Assembly (NCBI GenBank): GCA_963693365.1
Contig: CAVNZM010000068.1
Coordinates: forward strand, 1-16,505
DNA length: 16,505 nucleotides
Direction: 5' to 3'
Origin: Amoebidium appalachense
Lineage: Eukaryota; Protista; Ichthyosporea
The first letter of the stretch is position 1. The number at the start of each line of letters is the position of its first letter. A program made the translations under genes and the position numbers. Below the pieces are notes generated by a model. It searched no databases. It saw only the letters and a program-made list of their open reading frames with translations, and was not told where the DNA came from. Shown one piece after another: positions 1-8,425 of this stretch.

Positions 1-591
1 ATTTGGACCGTATTGAGACCCTATTATAAGCATATCACAACCCTATAACCAATAGCGACGTTATGTTTGTATCGGCCATATGGGACATATGTGTTGGGTA
101 TATTGCCCATAACCCAAAATGGTCAGGAATAATACATTCATAATATATTGGCAATAGTCTTGCCACGTTGGACAATACCATAATTTGACACAAAATTATC
201 CTACATTTTATATATTCATAACTTATTGACAATACTCCGCAAGCAATAGTATAATACCGAATAAATACATTGACAATATCGAAAATGTATTGTTAATAGG
301 CACACGTACACGCGTTTTGAGATATTGCCAGTACATTACTCATACGGTATATAGTTATTGGTGGTAGACCCGGCATGGTATGACAATAATATCAAAATAT
401 GTTGCCGATATTACGTCAATATTACAGTTCTATTACACTTCTATAGCGTCTCTACCACAGAAAATCTCTACTCGCAATACATTGGCAATGGATAATTGAT
501 ATTACTTCAGTATTAATCTGGTATTTTTACGATATTGGCAATAGATAATAGCCTCACAATATTGGCAATACCGCCGGGAAGTTTGCTGATG
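1..591. mobile_element. Right end of an AT-rich, probably non-autonomous DNA transposon (MITE or CACTA/CMC-like); extends upstream of the window
   Basis: About a dozen variants of the near-palindrome TATTG(G/A)CAATA. The block ends in GAAGTTTGCTGATG (578-591), whose exact reverse complement occurs at 14083-14096. No credible ORF. Confidence 0.55.
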
Positions 592-773
592 CTCGCACAT
601 GTGCAACATACATGTGCCATCCACAGACCGACTCCGTACATTCATGCACATGTAGTTGATCAAGGGCACGGGGCCGGGGGCACACACAGCATCCATGCAC
701 GCAAGCACACATGCACACTCATGCGTGGGCATACACATATGCAGCATGCATGCAGGCCACTCTTGGGAGAAAA

Positions 774-805
<32 letters not shown>
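774..805 (+). repeat. Poly-G tract (about 32 nt) upstream of the first visible exon
   Basis: Read directly; exact homopolymer length may be unreliable. Confidence 0.9.
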
Positions 806-806
<1 letters not shown>

Positions 807-887
807 TATAAACATACTGCTCATGTTCCCGACCTGCTTCAACCCAGTGTCAGTTCTACACTCCCTTACGTACATTTTTTTTCCCAG

Positions 888-1076
888 GAGCACGTGGTGA
901 CCATCCAGCAGTCCATGCTCCAGCACCCGGAAATGCCGATGTACCCGGCTGTCATCAACCTTTCTCAAGCCGACGCTGACCGCCTCGGCTTGGGAGACCT
1001 CAACGACCCCCAGAAGATGACTGAAGATTGGATCAAGCAGACAATTGTGGCTCTTGAGAAAAGGCTGGACCCACAG
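888..1076 (+). CDS. Internal exon A of a spliced gene for a ParB/Srx-like protein (EHVVTIQQSMLQHPEMPMYPAVINL...RLDPQ)
   Basis: Polypyrimidine acceptor ttttttttcccag|, donor cag|gtgtgc, 189 nt, phase 0/0, coding-like codon usage between low-complexity flanks. Confidence 0.8.
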
Positions 1077-1260
1077 GTGTGCAACAAACCCCCCCATCGA
1101 CACACAGTTTGCTCGGGTTCTTCCAGTCACTCACCTGTACCTTTTTTTTTTATCCCCCCTCCTCCCCTGTTGGAATACGTCACCATGTATGACAGCAAGA
1201 GCCTTGAAGTATGTATGTGTCCTAGCTTGTTTGTATTCGTGTCTGCTTTCCTCCTTTGTG

Positions 1261-1263
1261 CTC

Positions 1264-1353
<90 letters not shown>

Positions 1354-1375
1354 CCCCCCCCCCCCCCCCCCCCCC
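1261..1375 (+). repeat. (CT)n microsatellite followed by a poly-C tract
   Basis: (CT)n at 1261-1350 and C run at 1351-1375, read directly. Confidence 0.95.
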
Positions 1376-1485
1376 GTATCTCTCTCTCCCTTGTTTCTGT
1401 GGGCACAGATATCTGTAGATCTGTGCACACCTGGCTCTCTTGCCTGATAAGAACTTATTGTGTTTTATTTCTATTTGCTCTCCTC

Positions 1486-2063
1486 TGTTTATCTGAGAGG
1501 TAGCGTGATTGGCTAGCCTCACTCGTTGTCTTTCCTTTATTTCAAAATGGCCTAGTTTGTTCTCAAAAGGATGGCTCGCCAATAGTCGCGAGCGAGTACA
1601 TCTGTAGATTGTGTTGTGCATTCCTGTCTGTTAATATATGTGTGTTGTGATTGGACAATAGATATATATGGAATTCGGTTTATTGCAAAGTGTCTTCACT
1701 TTGAGAGTGTCGACTGTTAGGAAATATATGTATTTAAATAAGTTTCTTTATAGAGACGAACATAAATATATATGTGAGTTAATAGTGACTAGATGTATAA
1801 TTACTTAATTTATTTAAGTAAGAGTTTCTACACTTTAGTTTAATCGGAAGTTGGAATGCGTATGCTCTGTCGGAATGTGTTTTTCTGTCTTCTGATAGAA
1901 CCGATTGGTTCTCCCTCTTTAGTTGTGATAAGGTGATAAGTCGCAAGTACAAAAGGAACCGAGAGCACAATAAAGATTCAGTTGTTGTTTGAAATCTTTC
2001 AATGTCTCGTGAACAACTCCGATTGCCCTCTCATTAATGTGTTAGTCGTGTTTTTACATGACA
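1486..2063 (+). mobile_element. Candidate solo LTR of a different family in intron A-B
   Basis: 578-bp AT-rich block with TGT...ACA ends, CCTC on both sides (1482-1485, 2064-2067), several CCAAT/ATTGG boxes and AATAAA at 1969-1974. The terminal match is short and could be chance. Confidence 0.3.
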
Positions 2064-2404
2064 CCTCTGTGCACTCTGCTCCCTTAGACCCGTACAAAAC
2101 AACATCCCCCCCCCCCCCCCTCTTTCTCTCTTATTGTTCATTTTTGGTAGTGCCTGTCTCGTCCCCCCTCATCACTCGTTCTCTTTAGATCTGGTGCCTA
2201 CACCCATTCATAGCTAAATTAGAATGCTTTCGAGTCCGAGTCCTCTTTATGCCCCCTACACCCCCTCCCCCCCCCCATTTCTTTCCTTCTCTCTCCAGTC
2301 CCTCCATGTTCACTCCCATCGACCCTCGTGCACTGCTGGATCTAGCCTATTGATCTTTTCAGGCTGAAGTTAGACTTCTTCTGATTATATCGTTTATCAT
2401 GCAG

Positions 2405-2563
2405 AAAAAGTACCCTGAACAGGTCCCCACACGGCCGGCAGACAGGCCGTTTGGCTGCATGGGTGGGCAGCACGGTGTGGCTGCTGTGGAGAGCCTTGTA
2501 CAGCAACACGGGAACCTGACCAGCAACGGAAGTCTCTTCGCGAAGCTCTTCATCGATGCACAC
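2405..2563 (+). CDS. Internal exon B with the ParB/Srx-like core motif FGCMGGQHGVAAVESL
   Basis: Acceptor tttatcatgcag|, consensus donor |gtaagt, 159 nt, phase 0/0, in frame with exon A. Confidence 0.85.
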
Positions 2564-2985
2564 GTAAGTCTATATATTTTCTCCACACTAGTTCGGCGTT
2601 ACCATTCGAAATCTTTGTCTTTGCCCCCCCCCCCCCCCCCCCCCCCAGATCAATCAGATTTTCCCCCTCCACATGATGGCATCGTATTTTCCTCATTGGA
2701 GCCCATTCTCTCGCATGAGACAGTCACTTGGCATACACTACCTACATACACTGTAAGGCTCACGGTGGTACAAATGACACCTACCCCCATTTGCATGTGT
2801 TGTGCTTGCAATTTGTTACTGTAAGTCAGTACCATTTTATATTAGTCATATTTCAAAAGTGTGTATGGAACCTGAGAGTCGTGTGTGTTTTTTTATGGTC
2901 ACCGTGTGCTGTTAATGTGCGTGCTCCCCATTTGACTCGGCGTGTGTGTGTGTATGTGCTAAAATTCGTGTGCGTGTGTGCTGGA

Positions 2986-3126
2986 GGGGTTGGGTGGGGC
3001 GACGTGGGGGGGGTGGGTGGGGGGCTAGGGGCAGGGGTCTGAGGGAAGCCGAATGGGTGGGGTTTTGGGGGGGGGGGGGGGGAGGGGGAGGGGGGAGCTG
3101 GGAGGGGAGGGGGAGGGGGAGGGGGG
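2986..3126 (+). repeat. G-rich low-complexity tract with G-quadruplex potential in intron B-C
   Basis: Many runs of three or more G, including GGGGGA iterations. Confidence 0.8.
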
Positions 3127-3489
3127 CGATCAACTAGCACTCCAGACCAGCAATCATATAAATACAAATTTGTTGTTGATTCTTGAGTTTGCATTATCCT
3201 TTACAACAACACACAACATGCATGATAACATCCAACCACCCACCACACATGCATGTTGAGCACACTGCCAAGCACAAACAAGATCATGTACGCACATGCA
3301 CGTACATGTGTATGCTGCATGCAAATAGATAGGCAAAATGTATGCATACACAAAAACAAATTGCAATATACATACACAAAAGCAGACACGTCAGACAAAT
3401 AGACACACATTTGTAAGGCTTGATCTCCCTAGAAAATGTGCACAGTATCACACAGGCTTTGCTTTAGTCGTAACATTCTGCTCCCACAG

Positions 3490-3698
3490 GTGTACCTCAA
3501 CCTCACTCGTGAGGAAATGTTGGTGGTGGGGGCCCAGCACAACAAGGTGCAGACGATGAGCAAGGAGCTGTGCATGTACGTCAAGCTCAAGCTTGGCCGA
3601 AACAAGATTAAGGCTGCCATCGGCCTCAGCGAAGAAGCCGAACTTCAAGAAGATGCCTACACACGGATGAAGGATCTGCCACAGATGGGCTTCTTAAA
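3490..3698 (+). CDS. Internal exon C (VYLNLTREEMLVVGAQHNKVQ...QMGFL)
   Basis: Acceptor ttctgctcccacag|, donor aa|gtatgt, 209 nt, ends in phase 2. Confidence 0.85.
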
Positions 3699-4173
3699 GT
3701 ATGTGTGCAACTCCTGTATTATTCCCTCCCGCTTCCCCCCCATCCTCCCCCCCCCCCCTCCCCCCCTCCCCCCTTCCCCCTTCCCCCTTCCCCCCTTACC
3801 CCCCTTACTCCACATACCCCTTCCCCAGTATCTATAGCTCTTTTGGCCCCTTGTACATGATAATCCTGCCGTCATCATCATATCATGACCTGTACACATT
3901 CAACAATCTTGTGCATCGACACCGGCTCCCCATATACATCAACTACTCCATACATTGAAACCCCGTCATTGCTTTTTTTTTTAAAAAAAATTCCCGTTTG
4001 CCTCTTGCTCTCCAATGCCCCCCTCTCCCAGTCTCTGCCCATCCACTTCCCTTACCTGCTCTCTGTCCCTTTCATGCATGCTGAAATACTTTATTTGCCC
4101 CCCGTCTATTTGCCCCCGTCGATGCTGTTAGTAAGCATTCACACAAATACACACATACGCATGCACGCAGCCC

Positions 4174-4204
<31 letters not shown>

Positions 4205-4344
4205 AAAAAAGAAGAAAAAACAAGAAGAAAAAAAAAAAGAAAAAAAGAACCTGAACATTAAGATGACATCATTTCCCCTCCTTCTGTTCTTCTCTTGGCC
4301 CAACTTTCAAGAACACCCAATGCTCTTGCAGTTATTCTTCGTTT

Positions 4345-4394
<50 letters not shown>

Positions 4395-4521
4395 ACCCAA
4401 CCCAACCCAACCCAACCCACCCAAACTACCCCCCTCCCACCAAATTCAACCAGCCATCATGAATTATCTACGTTAAGGTTCTTCAGCACATGCTCAATCG
4501 AGGGCTTTTCCCTCTTTTCAG

Positions 4522-4693
4522 ACTGAAGAAAATGATTGCTGAGACCTACCAGCTACTCGGCAAGGAGACCCAAGCCAAGGTCGATAAAGCTCGCCGCGAA
4601 GGCAAGGAACCAGCAGCCAAGCTCTACGACGTGGTCGCACCCCACCTCAAGGTGATGTCGAGTGCAGAGCCATTGTGGAACGTCATTTCACAG
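4522..4693 (+). CDS. Internal exon D (LKKMIAETYQLLGK...LWNVISQ)
   Basis: Strong acceptor ttttccctcttttcag|. Its first base completes the split AAA codon from exon C. Donor cag|gtgctc, with a possible alternative aag|gtgatg after 4651. 172 nt. Confidence 0.8.
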
Positions 4694-5042
4694 GTGCTCA
4701 CTCAACCCCCATCCCCCGCCCCCCCCCCCCCCCCCCCCCCCCCTTCTACCCACCCACCCACCTTCGATATACATGTGCAAGTACAGTTGCTGGGTACTTT
4801 GTGGTGACACACACGTGCACACCCATACACAGATGCACACACAGAAGCACGGCCACAGAATTTGAATACGACCCAAACATACACACCAACACCAGGTTGG
4901 CATTGCCTAATACGTAGCTGCGAGAGCGTAATCTTGGAGGAGTCCGACAGCAAATCTGCTCCTAGGTTGGTATGCAGTATTGCGTAAATAAAGATGGTTT
5001 TTCTTGGCTTTTCTCCCCTCCCTCCTCACCCAAACCGTTCAA

Positions 5043-5047
5043 CCACT
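5043..5047. repeat. 5-bp target-site duplication CCACT (second copy at 13275-13279)
   Basis: Identical pentamer directly flanking both outer LTR ends. Confidence 0.95.
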
Positions 5048-5657
5048 TGTAAACAGTTGAACTAGTTGGGATAAGGCAGAGAACAACTGAATCAGAATAA
5101 AGACAGAGAACGGGTAGTAAGGCACACGCGGCCAGGTTACTATTTAATGTGCTCGTTCAGAGTGATCCCCCGTACTGGGACGGCTTGTTTATATAGCCCC
5201 CAGGTTCCGGATCATCTGGATGGGTGGCATTGATGCCTTCGTGACTTCTGACCAGTCAGAAGAGTGCGGTCGTCTTTATGTGCACACAGTGCACCAATAA
5301 CATGAAGCTAACTAAAAGGATAACTTTGTGGCAAATGATTGGTCAATACTTAAGCCCGTTTAGGTTTATGCAACTGGGTCTGATTTCCTTATTGGTTCCG
5401 TTCGTTTAGCTATAGATGTCGCCTCCGTAGTGGATGAGACTTGCATTCCTATCCTAGCGGTTCTCGAATTCTATTGGTTCATACTGACTGCACGGCCACT
5501 GCATATTGCCGGCGCCGCGGCTCAGTCGTGAGCCGCAGCCCGCGGCTGTCGCGTGTGATATTGATCTGATCATATGTACACAATATCTACGTGATCACTA
5601 TGATATGTACAGTATATTCGTAATAGTAAACATGTACGGCGTGTACAGATGTTTACA
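5048..5657 (-). repeat. 3' LTR (610 bp)
   Basis: Direct repeat of 12665-13274 with 8-bp inverted termini. Candidate ATTAAA polyadenylation signal on the - strand at 5143-5148. Confidence 0.97.
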
Positions 5658-5670
5658 CTCCCCCCCTTCT
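5658..5670 (-). other. Polypurine tract AGAAGGGGGGGAG
   Basis: All-purine run on the element sense strand, abutting the 3' LTR. Confidence 0.92.
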
Positions 5671-5722
5671 CGGGAGCCTGGTGGTATGGTCTGGAGACGG
5701 TAAACCACCAGGCTGAGGGAAG

Positions 5723-8425
5723 TTAGCGACGTCGGCGCTTCTTTCGTGCGGGCTGGCTGGCAGGGCCGGCCACCAAAGTACCTAGGTAGTCTGTGAGTGC
5801 TCCTGCGGCTGTGTCTTGCAGGCCGGAGTGAGGTTCCCAGGTGTCGTTCTTAGCCGTGTACCCTTTCCAACGAACTTTGTAAAGGGCTTGGGCAGTTGCC
5901 GAGTCGTACTTGTGGGCAATAATTTTTGCCACTTCGAAGGTGGGGGTGGGTGAATCTTGCGGACCAGAGTCGGCTGGCGTCATATCAACGTCGTCACGGG
6001 GAAAATACGGCTTCAAGTGACGTGCGTGTGCTCGAACGGTGTCCGTTGACCCAACCCGCTGAATTTCGTAAGACATGGGGGCGTCGGTAACGCGCCGCAG
6101 GACGCGATACGGACCTTCCCATTTAGGTCTGAGTGCCGTGGGTAGACTGTGGTCGGTGGTGGAGTCTGTGACTGCTTTCAACACCAGACCCTCGAGTTCT
6201 GTGGGTTCACGAGCATTTTTGTTAGCCGTGATTTTACTACGACGGGCAGCTTCAGACATAATTCGTGTGACTGTTTGCCGGGCATACTGCACTCGTTGCA
6301 GTAGTTCTCGACGGTATTCCTCCGTCTCCATCCCACATGAAGCCGCAATTGGGGGGCGGGGGGGCTCGACCGGATCTCTGCCATAAAGCATGAAGAATGG
6401 CGTGTCCCCCAAGGAAGAGTGGTAGGCGGTGCGGTAGGAAAACAGTACTTGCGGTAAGTAGTCAATCCATTCGTGGTGTTTATCCTGCACGAGAGTGGCA
6501 AGAATATTCTTAAGTGTGCGATTGAATCGCTCTACGGCACCATTGGTCTGGGGGCTGTAGGGACTTGCAAAAATTCGTTTTGTAGCCAACACTCGACAGA
6601 CATCTGTGACCAACATAGCTGCCAAATTCGCGCCGTTGTCTGATACTAAAAATTCCGGACGACCGTGACGGCAGTAGATGGAGTCTTCGAATGCCTTTGC
6701 CACATCTTCGGCTGTGGGTGTTTTGTGAAATAAAATCACTTCCGGCCAGCGAGTGAAGAGGTCGAGAAACACCAACAGGGAAACTCTGAGATCAGATTTC
6801 GTAGGCATCTCAGTAATGTCCATAGACACGTATTGAAAGGGATAGGTGGGGATAAAACCATCGTGAATTCGTAGTTTCTTTTGCATTCGGGGTGTCTTCC
6901 GGTATTGACAGGCTTTGCATGTGGTTACCCACTGCACCGAGTCTTGCCATACACGTGGCCACCATGCTATCTGGGTAACACGGTGGAAGGTGCGTGCTGC
7001 GTCGAGGTGACCTGCGGTTGGGGCGTCGTGACATGCGGCCAAAACGAGGCGCACAAGCGTAGACGGCACCCAAATTCGTGGTTCCTTGCTGGGTTTGCGG
7101 GGGCCACGCTGTTCTAGGACCCACACATACACAAGGTCATTGTCTATGGTGCAGCGACTAGCTTCCATCGCGATTTCGTTGCCAAATAATTCGTAGCCCG
7201 GTGCTTTTTCCAGGTAGGCCCTGACTTTCGCAATGTGTTTATCAGCCTTCTGTGCTGACACATACTGTTCATAGGTGGGCATTCGTCCATCCGCTTTTGG
7301 GGGAATAAATTCTGGCGGCGTGGTATTAGGTTTCGTGGGTTCAGCTGGGGGTGGGTGGGTGGCAGCTTGTGCCTGCGCTGTCGCTGCGGCGGAGCGTGTT
7401 ACCGCAAACACCGTGGACGAGCCCGAGACTGTGCCGATCAGTGAGGGGTATGTCAGCTCAGTATCTTCGGGTCCTGGTTGCGCATTTTCTTTAGATGGCC
7501 GAGAGAGTCCATCAGCATTGCTGTGGTGTTTGCCCGCCCTGTGCTGAATTTCGTATGTGTATGCGGAAAGCGCCATTTGCCAGCCTGCAACAACAGGTTC
7601 CGGTGCATCGCCGGTAGACAGAATGCGCGTCAAGCTGGAGTGGTCGGTTCGTAACAAGAAAGGAGCCCCATAGGTGTAAGCGCGAAATGCTTTGCACACA
7701 GCCCAATACACACCTAAGGCTTCCCTTTTATTCGCCGCATAATTTCGTTCACTCTTAGAGAGTGTTCTGCTAGCATAAGCTATGGGTCGTTCTTTGCCGT
7801 CATCACCTACCTGCGAAATCACTGCGCCCAGAGCATACTGTGAAGCACATGAGTCAACAATAAAAGGTTTGGTGAAATCGGGGTGAGCAAGCACAGGTGC
7901 ATTAATTAACGCATTCTTAAGGGTATCGTATGCTTTCTCCTGTTCCGTACCCCACACCCATGCAGCATTTTTCTGTGCTTTCTTTTTCGTGGCCAAAATA
8001 GCTGCAGAATCGGCGTGCAAATTTTTTGCTTTGTCTTTTCGTTGTTTTGCGCTGCCGTTGCGTTTGGCGGGTTTCGTAGAGGGGGGCATTTTTGCGTGAA
8101 TTCGTTTTAGTAATTCTGAATCCTCCTTCGAGGTGCCCAGCATTCGCGTGAGTGGTTCAGCCGTATGGCTGAAATCGTCCACAAATATTCGATAATATGA
8201 AAATAACCCGAGGTCACTTCGTAGCTCAGATAAATTTTGTGGGTAGCTTTTATTCTTTATTGCTGCCACTTTTTCTGGGTCTACCTTAATACCATCCGGG
8301 CATACGCGATGGCCTAAATAGCCAACTTCTTCCATGAACAAAGAGCATTTTCTGCCTTTCAGTTTTAATCCTGCATCACAGAGCCGGGAAAAACATGAAT
8401 CTAAATGCCCAAAATGTTCTTCGAA
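5723..8425 (-). CDS. pol: pol, 3' part: RT C-terminus, RNase H, integrase, chromodomain; disconnected from the 5' part by a frameshift
   Basis: Frame opens at 8425 with FEEHFGHLDSCFSRLCDAGLKLKGRKC...GYLGH. RNase H motifs RPIAYASR, TDH, NADGLSR. Integrase HHCC, D-D-E residues (SMDI, SDNG, VERFN), GPY motif. Chromodomain FEVAKII...YKVRWKGY...DTWEP and terminal RKKRRRR. Confidence 0.95.
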   Translation of the reverse strand, partial: FEEHFGHLDSCFSRLCDAGLKLKGRKCSLFMEEVGYLGHRVCPDGIKVDPEKVAAIKNKSYPQNLSELRSDLGLFSYYRIFVDDFSHTAEPLTRMLGTSKEDSELLKRIHAKMPPSTKPAKRNGSAKQRKDKAKNLHADSAAILATKKKAQKNAAWVWGTEQEKAYDTLKNALINAPVLAHPDFTKPFIVDSCASQYALGAVISQVGDDGKERPIAYASRTLSKSERNYAANKREALGVYWAVCKAFRAYTYGAPFLLRTDHSSLTRILSTGDAPEPVVAGWQMALSAYTYEIQHRAGKHHSNADGLSRPSKENAQPGPEDTELTYPSLIGTVSGSSTVFAVTRSAAATAQAQAATHPPPAEPTKPNTTPPEFIPPKADGRMPTYEQYVSAQKADKHIAKVRAYLEKAPGYELFGNEIAMEASRCTIDNDLVYVWVLEQRGPRKPSKEPRIWVPSTLVRLVLAACHDAPTAGHLDAARTFHRVTQIAWWPRVWQDSVQWVTTCKACQYRKTPRMQKKLRIHDGFIPTYPFQYVSMDITEMPTKSDLRVSLLVFLDLFTRWPEVILFHKTPTAEDVAKAFEDSIYCRHGRPEFLVSDNGANLAAMLVTDVCRVLATKRIFASPYSPQTNGAVERFNRTLKNILATLVQDKHHEWIDYLPQVLFSYRTAYHSSLGDTPFFMLYGRDPVEPPRPPIAASCGMETEEYRRELLQRVQYARQTVTRIMSEAARRSKITANKNAREPTELEGLVLKAVTDSTTDHSLPTALRPKWEGPYRVLRRVTDAPMSYEIQRVGSTDTVRAHARHLKPYFPRDDVDMTPADSGPQDSPTPTFEVAKIIAHKYDSATAQALYKVRWKGYTAKNDTWEPHSGLQDTAAGALTDYLGTLVAGPASQPARKKRRRR

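Noticed and set aside
1-572. CRISPR-like array
   Set aside because: Repeats are only about 11 nt, degenerate and irregularly spaced, in a eukaryotic context with no cas genes.
2462-2470. GGQ motif of a peptide release factor
   Set aside because: The flanks do not match the release-factor context (SG.GGQ.VN or HGRGGQS); the ordered surrounding motifs fit ParB/Srx better.
502-4953. Many 60-235 aa ORFs rich in poly-G, poly-P, ER, LS or HT
   Set aside because: They are translations of homopolymers and microsatellites; only the splice-bounded exon portions look coding.
5506-5703. Identical ORF start MPAPRLSREP at 5506 and 13123
   Set aside because: Both lie in the duplicated LTR, start at TTG and have no recognisable motifs.
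5658-5722. env-like third ORF
   Set aside because: Only 65 nt separate the pol stop from the 3' LTR.
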